Shown here piece by piece: positions 50,448 to 60,000 of a DNA stretch of 60,000 nt. A program made the translations under genes and the position numbers. Location: contig NC_058383.1 of the NCBI RefSeq assembly GCF_018350175.1, forward strand, positions 7,814,001 to 7,874,000. The letters run 5' to 3'. A model generated the notes under the pieces. The model saw only the letters and a program-made list of their open reading frames with translations, ran no database searches and had not been told where the DNA came from. Position 1 is the first letter of the stretch; each line of letters begins with the position of its first letter. This stretch comes from Felis catus (taxonomy: Eukaryota).

Positions 50448-53400
50448 GTAAGTGGGGTGGTGGGGCTTGCTCTGGGGTGCAGGGAGGGGGGGGGAGGGGC
50501 GGGACTGGGAAGAGTTTGGGGAAGGGTCCCGGGAGAAGTAGATGGATGGGAGGCTTGGGGAGAGGGCTCCCCATGGCCCTGTGTTGAGCTCTGCCCTGGA
50601 GGTAACTGATGACCAGTGTGGTGTGGGGACGCATGAGCCACCTTCTGACCTGCTTTGCCACTCCTGTCCCAGGGTTCGTGGTGGGCCATGCTGGGCTGCT
50701 GCAGGCTTTGGCCATGCTCCTGGTTGCCTACTTCATCCTGGCGCTCACCGTCCTCTCTGTCTGTGCCATCGCCACCAACGGAGCTGTGCGGGGGGGTGGA
50801 GCCTACTGTATCCTCCAATGTTGATGGACTGGGGTCTGGGCTCTTCTGTCTTGTAGGGAGGAGGAGGGGCAAGGGCAGGGCGAGAGGGAGGCAGGTTCTA
50901 ATGAATGTTCAGCAGGTGGGCTGATGTGGGGAAGGTGACCGACATGGCCTTTCCACGCATCTTACTGCTACTCTCCAGTCTATCAGGTGTCTTCCCAGCC
51001 GTCCTTTTGGTTCCCCCAACAGTCTTGTCAATTAGATAGTTCATTTTCCAGATGAGGAAACCGGAGTTCAAGAGTATTAGTGGCGCACTGCAAAGCCACG
51101 TGGCTTGGGTGTGACCGCTCTGGACAGATTAACGCTGGGGACAATCCCAGTGTGTGCCGGGAGACAGGGCTGCAGTGTGCTTTGTGCCCGGGCCCTTCCT
51201 CCTGCTCCATTTCACTTTCTTTTCCCTTAACACTCACCCCCTGCTTCCACTTTTAGTCATGATCAGCCGGACCCTGGGGCCTGAGGTTGGGGGCAGCATC
51301 GGCCTCATGTTCTACCTGGCTAACGTCTGTGGCTGTGCTGTCTCCCTGCTGGGGCTGGTGGAGGCCGTGCTGGATGTCTTCGGGGCTGGTCTGTGTGCCA
51401 GGGAGCTCTGTGGGTTTGCGGGGTCTGGGATTCTAGAGGCCTCTCTAGAAGAGGGGCAAAGTGGTCTATTAGTTTGGCTTTCTTGAGCTCCTACTATGTT
51501 CCCAGCCTTGGACATCTGAGAGATTGTCCTGGCCCACAGGCAGCTTACCATCTAGTTGGAGAGGCCAGGCTAACACCCCTAAATTCAACAGAGGAAGATT
51601 GGTGGTATCTACCAGGGAGGGGTAAGATGCTGGGGTACAGTTGAGTAGGGAGGTGGGAAAGATAGTGTCTGAGGACAGGTGGGCCAAAGAGGGGGTCTGT
51701 TCCTGCTTTGATTCATGGGTGGGATCTCTCCTGGGGAGTCTTGTCTTCTAACCCTGTTCCTTCCTCTTTGTAGACTCTGCAAGGTCCAGTGGGCTTCAGG
51801 TCCTGCCCCAGGGCTACGGCTGGAACCTGCTCTATGGCTCCCTGCTGCTGGGCCTTGTGGGTGGGGTCTGCACACTGGGGGCTGGCCTCTATGCCCGAGC
51901 CTCCTTCCTCACATTCCTGCTGGTCTCTGGATCCCTGGCCTCTGTGCTGGTCAGCTTTGTGGCTGTGGGACCCAGGAGCATCCCCTTGACCCCTCGGCCT
52001 GGCCCCAATGGCTCCTCCCTGCCGCCCCAGGTTGGCCACTTCACTGGCTTCAACAGCAGCACCCTGAAGGCCAACTTGGGTGGTGAGCTGGGTACAGGGG
52101 TGACGGTTCTCAGGACAAGGAGCAAGCATGTGGGGGGAGGCAGGCCCTTGGAAGCCCTGGATGAGAACAGATGCCAGAGAGAATCAGGGGCAGGAGGGCA
52201 GATCTCAGAACAGCGCAGATTATTCAGGATCTGTCTAGTATGCTTGGCCCAGTGGGGCGTGAGAGCGACCACGAGACAGTTCCTGCCTTAGAGGAACTTT
52301 TTTTAGTTGGAAAGATAAAATGTGCATTCAGGAAACAATTAAGCAGCACAATAAAACCAAAGTGGTTCAAATAGATGGGAATCAGGAGAGGAGTTGGGAG
52401 GAGGGCTGGGGGCGAGCAGGGAGAGCTGGGAGGTGGCCCGAGGTGTATTGGGGAATTCAGGTAGGAGCGAGAGGGACGGTGTCTCAGGAAGGGGCAACGA
52501 CAAAGGCGTAGAGGGAGGAGTGAGGAGAGTGGGGGGAGTGATGAGGCCAGCTGAGCCAGGGGCTGTGATGGGTCAGGGCTGGGGTCTTGGGGTGGGCTGT
52601 TTGTGACATGTGAAGAGAAGGTGGCGGGGCCAACATGCCTGGGTCCCTATGAGGGGTACTGATGCCTTCTCCTCCCTGGGAACCATCTCTCAGCTGGCTA
52701 CTCCAAGGACTATACCACGGGGGCCATGATGAACTTCGCCAGTGTCTTTGCTGTCCTTTTTAATGGCTGCACGGGCATCATGGCCGGGGCCAACATGTCA
52801 GGTGAGGGTCCCTGCCTGCTGCCCCCTGGGGGTGTAGGGCTGCCACCCTGTGCCCTGGTGGGAGCGCTGAGGGCTCAGGAATGTAAGAGATGGTAGATGG
52901 CTGATGTCTCCCCTTCTGCCCCTCTCCCTCCAGGGGAGCTGAAGGACCCCAGCCGGGCCATTCCCCTGGGCACCATTGTCGCCGTCGCCTACACCTTCTT
53001 CATCTACACCCTGCTTTTCTTCCTCTCCAGCTTCACCTGTGACAGGTGCCTGGGGAGGGGGCTGGCCTGGCCCTTGAGGGGGGTGGAATGGGGCCGCAGA
53101 ACAAGGTTGCCACCCCTGGATCACCAAGGGAAGCACGGGCCGAGGGGGGGCAGGTACCCCCATTGTCGGGGTGCAGGGAAAACGGAGACTGTTTCTCCCT
53201 CTGGGAGAGAGAAGGAGCGGCCGCCGCTGATGGGGACAGCCGGCTAATTGGTGGTAGCCAGCCTGTAGCCAGAGTTTGCTGTGTCCCTGGGACTGTTGTA
53301 AGCACTTGGTTTTGGGGGATGGGGGATAGCTGCTTCTCAATGCGTATTTCCATAAATATTTGGTTTCTTGTGCATACACCGTTGGGAATGTCCACCATGT

Positions 53401-56400
53401 GATTAAATCCAAAGCAGCCCAAAGATCAACCAGTGAATACCGTGTCTTTCCCCTCCGGGCACACATGATGTATTACAATGGCCTTTGAGCCTGGGTCAGT
53501 TGAGAATCCCCAGGGATACCCAGTTCTTGACCTCACGAAGAGTCAGAGCACTTTGCTCACGGAGGCCCTAGATGCACCTGTGTTATTTGCATCCTCCTTT
53601 CCCTCCCGCCAGGACCTTGCTGCAGGAGGACTATGGGTTCTTCCGCGCCATCAGCCTGTGGCCCCCACTGGTGCTGATTGGTATCTACGCCACGTCGCTC
53701 TCGGCCTCCATGAGCTCCCTCATCGGGGCCTCCCGCATCCTCCACGCTCTGGCTCAAGATGACCTCTTTGGTGCGCCGCCCCCTGCTCCTCGCCCGGCTC
53801 TGAGCACACCCTCCCGTGTCTGTCTCTCTCTCCGCTTGGCCCTGGGCTGATGTGTCCGCCACGGTGTTTCTGTTTGCACAGGAGTGATCTTGGCGCCGGC
53901 CAAGGTCGTGTCCCGAACAGGGAACCCCTGGGGGGCTGTGCTCTATTCTTGGGGCCTAGTGCAGGTAAGCCTTCTTTCCAGCTGTCCTTCCCCTTCCCCT
54001 GGGCTCCTTCTGGTTCTGTTCCCAGGACCAGGAGGGGCTTGGGCTTGGGCTGGGAGAGTGAACGAAAAGGCGGGATGCATTGGCATTTGGTGGGGGGGGG
54101 GGGGGGGGTGCGTGCATGCCCAGCCTCTCGGTCCTTGTGTAGCTGGTGCTCTTGGCTGGGAAGCTGAACACGCTGGCCGCTGTGGTCACCGTCTTCTACT
54201 TGGTGGCCTATGCTGCGGTGGACCTGTCCTGTCTGAGCCTGGAGTGGGCCTCAGCCCCTAACTTCCGGTGAGTGGGGAAGTGGCCTGTGTCCTCAGAGAC
54301 CAGGGGGGAGGCGTGGGACGGGCTCGGTCCAGGGGACCGAGGTTGGAGATGGAGGCCCTGAGTGCCCGTCCTTCTCTCCCCCACCCCAGCCCCACCTTCA
54401 GCCTGTTCTCCTGGCACACCTGCTTGCTGGGGGTGGCCTCCTGTCTGCTCATGATGTTCCTCATCAGCCCCGGGGCCGCCGGCGGCTCACTGCTTCTCAT
54501 GGGCCTTCTTTCCGCCCTGCTCACTGCTCGAGGAGGCCCCAGTAGCTGGGGCTACGTCAGCCAGGCCTTGCTTTTCCACCAGGTTGGGGGGCTTGGAGGA
54601 GGGCAGGGAGGGGGGAGGCAGTCTGGGATCCCCATCCCGCTCCAAGTAGGCCTCCTTCTGCCGTGGCCGGAATCGGGGTTCTTGTCCGAGAGGTGGTGAG
54701 TGGGGGCTGCCCTCTTGAGCCCTTCCTCTCCACACCTCACCCCTGGTCCCAGGTACGTAAATACCTGCTCCGGCTGGATGTCCGGAAGGACCACGTGAAG
54801 TTCTGGCGGCCCCAGCTGCTGCTACTGGTGGGGAACCCCCGGGGCGCCCTGCCTCTGCTGCGGTTGGCCAACCAGCTCAAGAAGGGGGGCCTCTATGTCC
54901 TGGGCCACGTCACCCTGGGAGACCTTGGTGAGTGGCCCTCTATTCCCTTCCCAGCCTCTTCCTCCCTCACGTTTCAGACATTCTTCGTGGTCTTTGGGTT
55001 CAGAGGCCTCATGCTTCTTCCCTGACGACCCTTCCAACCAGCCCGAGCCCTGCCCAGACTGTTTTCTTTGGCCCGTTTGGGATTTGGGTTTGAGGAGAAG
55101 GTACATGGGTTTGGCCCACATCTACTACCTCCCTTCTCTGCAGACTGCCTGCCCTCGGACCCTGTGCAGCCCCAGTACGGGGCATGGCTCAGCCTGGTGG
55201 ACAGAGCCCAAGTGAAGGCCTTCGTGGACCTCACCCTCTCGCCCTCCGTGCGCCAGGGAGCTCAGCATCTGTTGCGGATCTCGGGCCTTGGTGAGCTACT
55301 TCTCCCCGGGTCCCCTCGGCCCCCTCTGTGGCCCCTTTTAATCTCTGCTACCGTCCCCCAGAGTAAACCACAGACTGCAGACTCACAGTCTAGTGCAGAT
55401 AAGACGCGGGGCTCAACTCAAAGATACCGGATGGTGTGTGAGAAGGTCCTGGAGGAGAGGCTTAAGGGCTGGCGATGGGTGCCACTGACATTTCTTTTTT
55501 TCTGACCCAAAAGTTGGGGTACAAGCTCTGAAGAGCATGCTGTGTTCCTGGGGACAATGGGAGAATTACTTGAGGCAAGGGGGCTGCTCCATCAAATCTA
55601 GGGCAGATGGTTTCTAATCATCCCACTTCAAGACCGCTATGCGCTGATGCGGCTAGTGACAAGATGGTATACTCAGCTGGGCCTTAGAAGGGGTGGAGAA
55701 GGAAGGGCTAGTGTGACATGGCCTCCGGAGACCACAGAGGACGCAGAGGGTGAGTGGGGCTGAAGCTTCCCGAGCCAGTGGAAGAGTCTCTGCCTTGTTA
55801 CTCTGCCTTAGTGCGAAGGCCTTCAGCCTTACGCCCCGGCTTCCTCCAAATCTGGGCTGAACTGCCTCCTTCTTTCTCAATCCTAGGGGGTGTCAGTCCC
55901 CTCTCTGGGCACATGCTCCGTTCTCCGTTTAGATCTGGCTAAAGTTCAAGCGTTTGGGGGCTGTTGGCAAGCATTATGAGACAGTCCCTGGAGCATCTGA
56001 GAGTCTGGTCTCTCCTCAGCCCCACATTTTGTGGGGGAACCTGTGCCAGGAGACCACTACTTCTACGAAATTTATTCTGAAGAGAGCGATTGCAATGAAG
56101 GGGAAGGATTTCCTCGAAATAGTTAAGTCCTCCTGACATGCAGAACTTGATTTACTGGTGGATTTTGAGCAACCCATTTGTTTCATGAGAAAAAGCCTTA
56201 GACAAGATCTCAGAAGTTTTCTGTAAACTCAGCCCTGTTGAAGGGTGGGGGTGGGGGGGATGGGGAGAGATTATCCAGTTTCACATTGGTTCAAAAATGG
56301 AAAAATCAGGAGCTGTCAGCAGGAACCTGGGGCACTGTATTCACTTCACACACGGGTTCAGAGACTTAGAGGGTGGCCTCTGCTGCTGGGTGCCTTGTGT

Positions 56401-58035
56401 TCGCCTGTGGACCCGGTATCCACCTGCTGTGAGCCTTGGGGCAAGTGACTTCACCGCTCTGTGCCTCAGGTTGCTTACCTGTGAGAGGGGTGAGTAAATG
56501 GCCCCTACCTCCTGGTGTTGCTTCACGAGTTAAAACACAAAGTGCTTTCAACGGGCCCCGGCCCTTCATTAGTGTGCAGATGGTAGCTGTTTTTTGTCCA
56601 GGGATCTTGCTTTGGACTCACCACCATTAGGGCTCTGCAGTAGTAGTAGAAACAGATCGGGCCAGTTTTCATCACCCCCCAGCAGAGTCTGAGGTGCTGT
56701 TTCCCTGGGGATGGAGCCCACGAACTTGACTACTGACTACTCAGGGCGGTGTGGTCTGCCCAGTAGACTCAGACTCTCATCTCCCATCATGAAAAAGGTG
56801 TGCTGCTAGCTAGAAGCTTGCAGTGGAGGCCTCCTACTGCCGAGTACCGGAAGTGCTCGTTAGTTAGAAGAATCCTAAGGCGAACTTTGCCCACTTAAGT
56901 GGGGAGATTAGTCACGGAGGTGCAACAAATAAACGCATGCAAGAGCGTTTGGGAAGATGAAAAGTCGTTATGCAAACGTGCATAGTGTTGCCCGGAGAGC
57001 CCAAGCACGAGGCGAATGCCATGCCTGATGGCTGACGTGTGGTGCTGCCGGCGTGTACGAGTGGGCGCGCATTAGCGTGGTGTAAACTAAGCCCGTGAGT
57101 CTGATTCCTGTTGGTTCCTTCCCACCTCCTCCTCTCTGCCCCCAGGTGGCATGAAGCCCAACACGTTGGTCCTGGGTTTCTACGATGATGCTGCACCCCA
57201 GGACCACTTCCTGACAGACCCTGCTTTCTCAGAGGCTGCTGATGGCACCCAGGAGGGCGGGTCCCCAGCCCTGAGCACCCTGTTCCCTCCACCCCGGGCT
57301 CCCGGGAGCCCCCGGGCTCTCAGTCCCCAGGACTATGTGGCCACGGTGGCAGATGCCCTCAAGATGAACAAGAATGTGGTTCTGGCCCGGGCCTGTGGGG
57401 CCCTGCCCCCTGAGCGGCTGAGCCGGGGGTCTGGGGGCACCTCCCAGCCGCATCACGTGGATGTGTGGCCCCTCAACCTGCTGCGGCCCCGGGGCGGGCC
57501 CGGCTATGTGGACGTGTGCGGCCTTTTCCTACTGCAGATGGCAACCATCTTGGGCATGGTGCCTGCTTGGCACAGTGCCCGGCTCCGGATCTTCTTGTGC
57601 CTGGGGCCTCGAGAGGCCCCCGGGGCGGCCGAGGGGCGGCTGCGGGCACTGCTGAGCCAGCTGAGAATCAGGGCTGAAGTACAGGAGGTGGTGTGGGGCG
57701 AGGGGGCTGGGTCTGGGGAGGCTGGGGAGGAGGAGGAAGGGGACTTTGTGAATGGCAGGCGGGGAGATGCCGAGGCAGAGGCCCTGGCAGGCAGCGCCAA
57801 CGCCCTGGTTCGGGCCCAGCAGGGGCGCAGCAGAGGAGAAGGGCCTGGTGGGCCTGAGGGTGGGGATGGCGAGGGCGGGCCTGCCACGGCCCTCACTTTC
57901 CTGTACCTGCCTCGGCCGCCAGCTGATCCTGCCCGCTACACTCGCTACCTGGCGCTGCTGGAGATTCTGACCCGTGACCTGGGCCCCACACTGCTCATTC
58001 ATGGCGTCACCCCGGTCACTTGCACTGATCTCTGA
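50267..58035 (+). CDS. SLC12A9: Solute carrier family 12 member 9 (CIP1), 13 coding exons, 2748 nt = 915 aa
   Basis: [11 protein letters not shown]...; cation-chloride cotransporter motifs ([62 protein letters not shown]); ends VTCTDL*. Confidence 0.97.
50673..50807 (+). CDS. SLC12A9: SLC12A9 exon 3 (GFVVGHAG...GGGAY)
   Basis: 135 nt; donor GTATCCTC (U12-type). Confidence 0.93.
51257..51388 (+). CDS. SLC12A9: SLC12A9 exon 4 ([13 protein letters not shown]...DVFGA)
   Basis: 132 nt. Confidence 0.93.
51774..52082 (+). CDS. SLC12A9: SLC12A9 exon 5
   Basis: 309 nt ([17 protein letters not shown]...KANLG). Confidence 0.93.
52694..52801 (+). CDS. SLC12A9: SLC12A9 exon 6
   Basis: 108 nt ([10 protein letters not shown]...GANMS). 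Confidence 0.94.
52934..53045 (+). CDS. SLC12A9: SLC12A9 exon 7
   Basis: 112 nt ([11 protein letters not shown]...FTCDR). Confidence 0.94.
53613..53770 (+). CDS. SLC12A9: SLC12A9 exon 8
   Basis: 158 nt (TLLQEDYG...DDLF). Confidence 0.94.
53882..53964 (+). CDS. SLC12A9: SLC12A9 exon 9
   Basis: 83 nt (GVILAPAK...GLVQ). Confidence 0.93.
54143..54267 (+). CDS. SLC12A9: SLC12A9 exon 10
   Basis: 125 nt (LVLLAGKLN...SAPNFR). Confidence 0.94.
54390..54582 (+). CDS. SLC12A9: SLC12A9 exon 11
   Basis: 193 nt (PTFSLFSW...LLFHQ). Confidence 0.94.
54753..54927 (+). CDS. SLC12A9: SLC12A9 exon 12
   Basis: 175 nt (VRKYLLRLD...TLGDL). Confidence 0.94.
55144..55290 (+). CDS. SLC12A9: SLC12A9 exon 13
   Basis: 147 nt (DCLPSDP...RISGL). 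Confidence 0.94.
57146..58035 (+). CDS. SLC12A9: SLC12A9 last exon coding part
   Basis: 890 nt ([15 protein letters not shown]...TCTDL*). Confidence 0.96.
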
Positions 58036-58389
58036 TGCCCGGGTCCTGAAGCAGAGTGCGCAGGTCCAGCGACCCGCCTTGGTTAGTGGATGTGAAGGGG
58101 AAGGGCAGCCTTCCGGCCTGCTCCACACACGGGAGCTTCCCAGGGGAAGTATTAGGGGATCCTGGGCTGGGGCGTCCCGTCCCTGGGAGAGGGGCTTCAG
58201 TGTCCCCGCCACGCTGGGGGAGGAAGCCAGCAGTCCTCCCCACTGGCCTCCTTCCTTCACCGGTGCCTTGATGGAGGCTGGGTCTCTGCTTGGACTCTAG
58301 GCTACCTCAGTTTCCCCTCGCCCAACAGATTCACAGACCGCTGAGGTTGTGATGTTTTTGTTGTTTTATTTTTCTAACCGATGAACGTG

Positions 58390-58395
58390 AATAAA
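58390..58395 (+). terminator. SLC12A9: SLC12A9 poly(A) signal AATAAA
   Basis: Canonical hexamer preceded by a U-rich tract, about 355 nt after the stop. Confidence 0.8.
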
Positions 58396-58689
58396 AGACC
58401 AAAACACTATGGGCTGGCCGAATACTGCTGTGGGGGGGGGGGGTGGGGTGGGGTGGGGTGGGGTGGGGGAGGGGGCGGGGGGGTTCGTAGGTGGGACGGA
58501 AGAGGGAGAGATCTGTATGGGGGAGTGTGGGAAAGAGCAGCGCTGGAGCGTCCCAGCAGCGAGGTGGCCACGTGCAAGAGTTGGGGCGCCAGCCTGGGGG
58601 CACTGGTAGAACCGGAGGCTGCCGTGGAAAGTCCTCCCTGCTCGGCAGGAGGGGGCTGACTGGGGGAGGGACGGCGGTTTAGGGCCTAG

Positions 58690-58760
58690 GGGGCCACGTG
58701 ACCCTCCCCCAGGAATGCGGTGACGTCACCGGGGGCGTGGCTGTCCCCAAAATTGGGGAG
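58690..58760 (+). promoter_or_regulatory. TRIP6: TRIP6 proximal promoter motif cluster: E-box, TEAD, CRE, CArG
   Basis: CACGTG 58695-58700, GGAATG 58712-58717, TGACGTCA 58721-58728, CCAAAATTGG 58747-58756. Confidence 0.65.
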
Positions 58761-58897
58761 GAAGGGGAAAAAAAAAAGCCAGAAAAAGTTTCTTTCCTGG
58801 AGTCTCAAACGAGGTGTGGGACGGAAAAAGAGGTCAAGATCAGAGGCTTGGGACTACACGGGGGCCGATCGCTGTCTGGAGTCCCCTGTTCCAGGCC

Positions 58898-60000
58898 ATG
58901 TCGGGGCCCACCTGGCTCCCCCCAAAGCAGCTGGAGCCTGCCAGAGCCCCTCTGGGAAGAGCACTCTCCCGAGGTGCCCCGGGGCCGCCGCCAGCCCACG
59001 GAGCAGGTAAAGCAGCTCCAGTGCCGCTGAGGAGGCCACTGGCCGTTCCTCGCTCACCTCTGCCTTCTGCCTCCTGCCTGTCCCTGCCACCCCTTCCCTG
59101 AAGCTCTTCCGGCTTCCTGCCGTTCCTGCTCCTCCCGCTCCCTTCTTGGACCCCAGGTGTGGGGGGGAGGGGAGATGAGGGACCCTAGAGCGCGGCCTCC
59201 AGAAGTGTCACCCTCCTCTCTTTCCCCATCCCCACCTTGGCTCTCTCTTCCCTCACCCCAGCACTTCAGCCCCACCCCAGGGTCAATTTTTGCCCCCTCC
59301 CATCTGAGCAGTGTTACCAGGCCCCGGGGGGACCGGATGATCGGGGGCTAGCCTGGGTGGGGTGCCATGGAGCACCCCAGCGCTCACAGGTGAGAAACCG
59401 GAATTGGGGGGTGGGGGGCGGGAGGTGTGGGCACCCGGGACAGGTGATTTGAATTCTCCCGGCTTTTGCTTCATCCCCAGGGGCTCCCCCAAGACAGGGG
59501 GGCCTTGCGCCCAGGAAGTCTGGATGCTGAAATAGATTCACTGACCAGCATGCTGGCTGAACTGGATGGAGGTCGTGGTCATGCCCCACGGCGGTCAGAC
59601 CGGCAGGTGACCCACTGGCCTGCCTTGTCCCTCCCCTGCTCCTTGTCTCCTGCCCTCCTCCCCACTCCCTAGTCTGATCCCTTCTCTAGATTCTCAGTCT
59701 AGCCCAGCCCTCTCTGTGTGAGCGATACACACAGGAGCGTGGAAGAAGCTGGCCCACCAGAGCCCACCAGGTTGTCTACCTCTTGAGGATGAGCCCTTGT
59801 CAAAGACCAGTGGTTATCTTGGGGCCGCACAAATGGGGGCTTCCACAGGTGTGCGTCCTGGAATGGGTCTGCTCACTCCCGGTCTGTGTTTCTCCCCAGG
59901 CTTATGAGCCCCCTCAGCCCCATGCCTACCGCACGGGCTCAGGTTCCCTGAAGCCGAATGGAGGGGGTGTTCCGATTCCTCCCCAACAGCTCTCTGCGTC
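58898..60000 (+). CDS. TRIP6: Thyroid receptor-interacting protein 6, exons 58898-59006, 59262-59389, 59481-59606, 59900->60000 (truncated by window)
   Basis: MSGPTWLPPKQ...; ALQPHPRVNFCPLPSEQCYQ; SLDAEIDSLTSMLAELDG; GT-AG junctions in frame. Confidence 0.95.

Noticed and set aside
48520..50872. Long - strand ORFs (252, 375, 214 aa) over the SLC12A9 promoter and first exons
   Set aside because: GC-rich antisense shadow ORFs with no recognisable protein
52622..52637. Intronic tggcggggccaacatg resembling SLC12A9 exon 6 sequence at 52781-52797
   Set aside because: The match is too short and GC-rich to distinguish from chance

Overview
Mammalian genomic DNA, almost certainly a felid: it is dense in tRNA-derived carnivore SINEs of the SINEC_Fc type. 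The window covers the conserved ZAN - EPHB4 - SLC12A9 - TRIP6 block. On + lie the last 19 exons of zonadhesin (ZAN, 975-15533). On - is a complete 17-exon EPHB4 (CDS 34765->18736, 2964 nt, 987 aa). On + follow a complete SLC12A9 (13 coding exons, 50267-58035, 915 aa, with one U12-type intron) and the first 4 exons of TRIP6 (from 58898). The main finding is that ZAN carries several apparently independent lesions, whereas I found none in the neighbouring genes. These are two acceptor AGs lost (973-974, 9925-9926), a +1 frameshift giving a premature TGA (9974-9976), a Cys->Arg change, and a 7-bp duplication that shifts the cytoplasmic tail. This suggests ZAN is decaying or pseudogenised in this lineage, pending read-level confirmation. 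Other observations are two snap-back/templated-insertion scars (one copying 41 bp of a ZAN exon into an intron), an EPHB4 uORF, a G-rich tract between the SLC12A9 poly(A) signal and the TRIP6 promoter, and a TEAD-CRE-CArG-E-box cluster in that promoter. Gene, domain and repeat names come from recognition by eye, not database searches.
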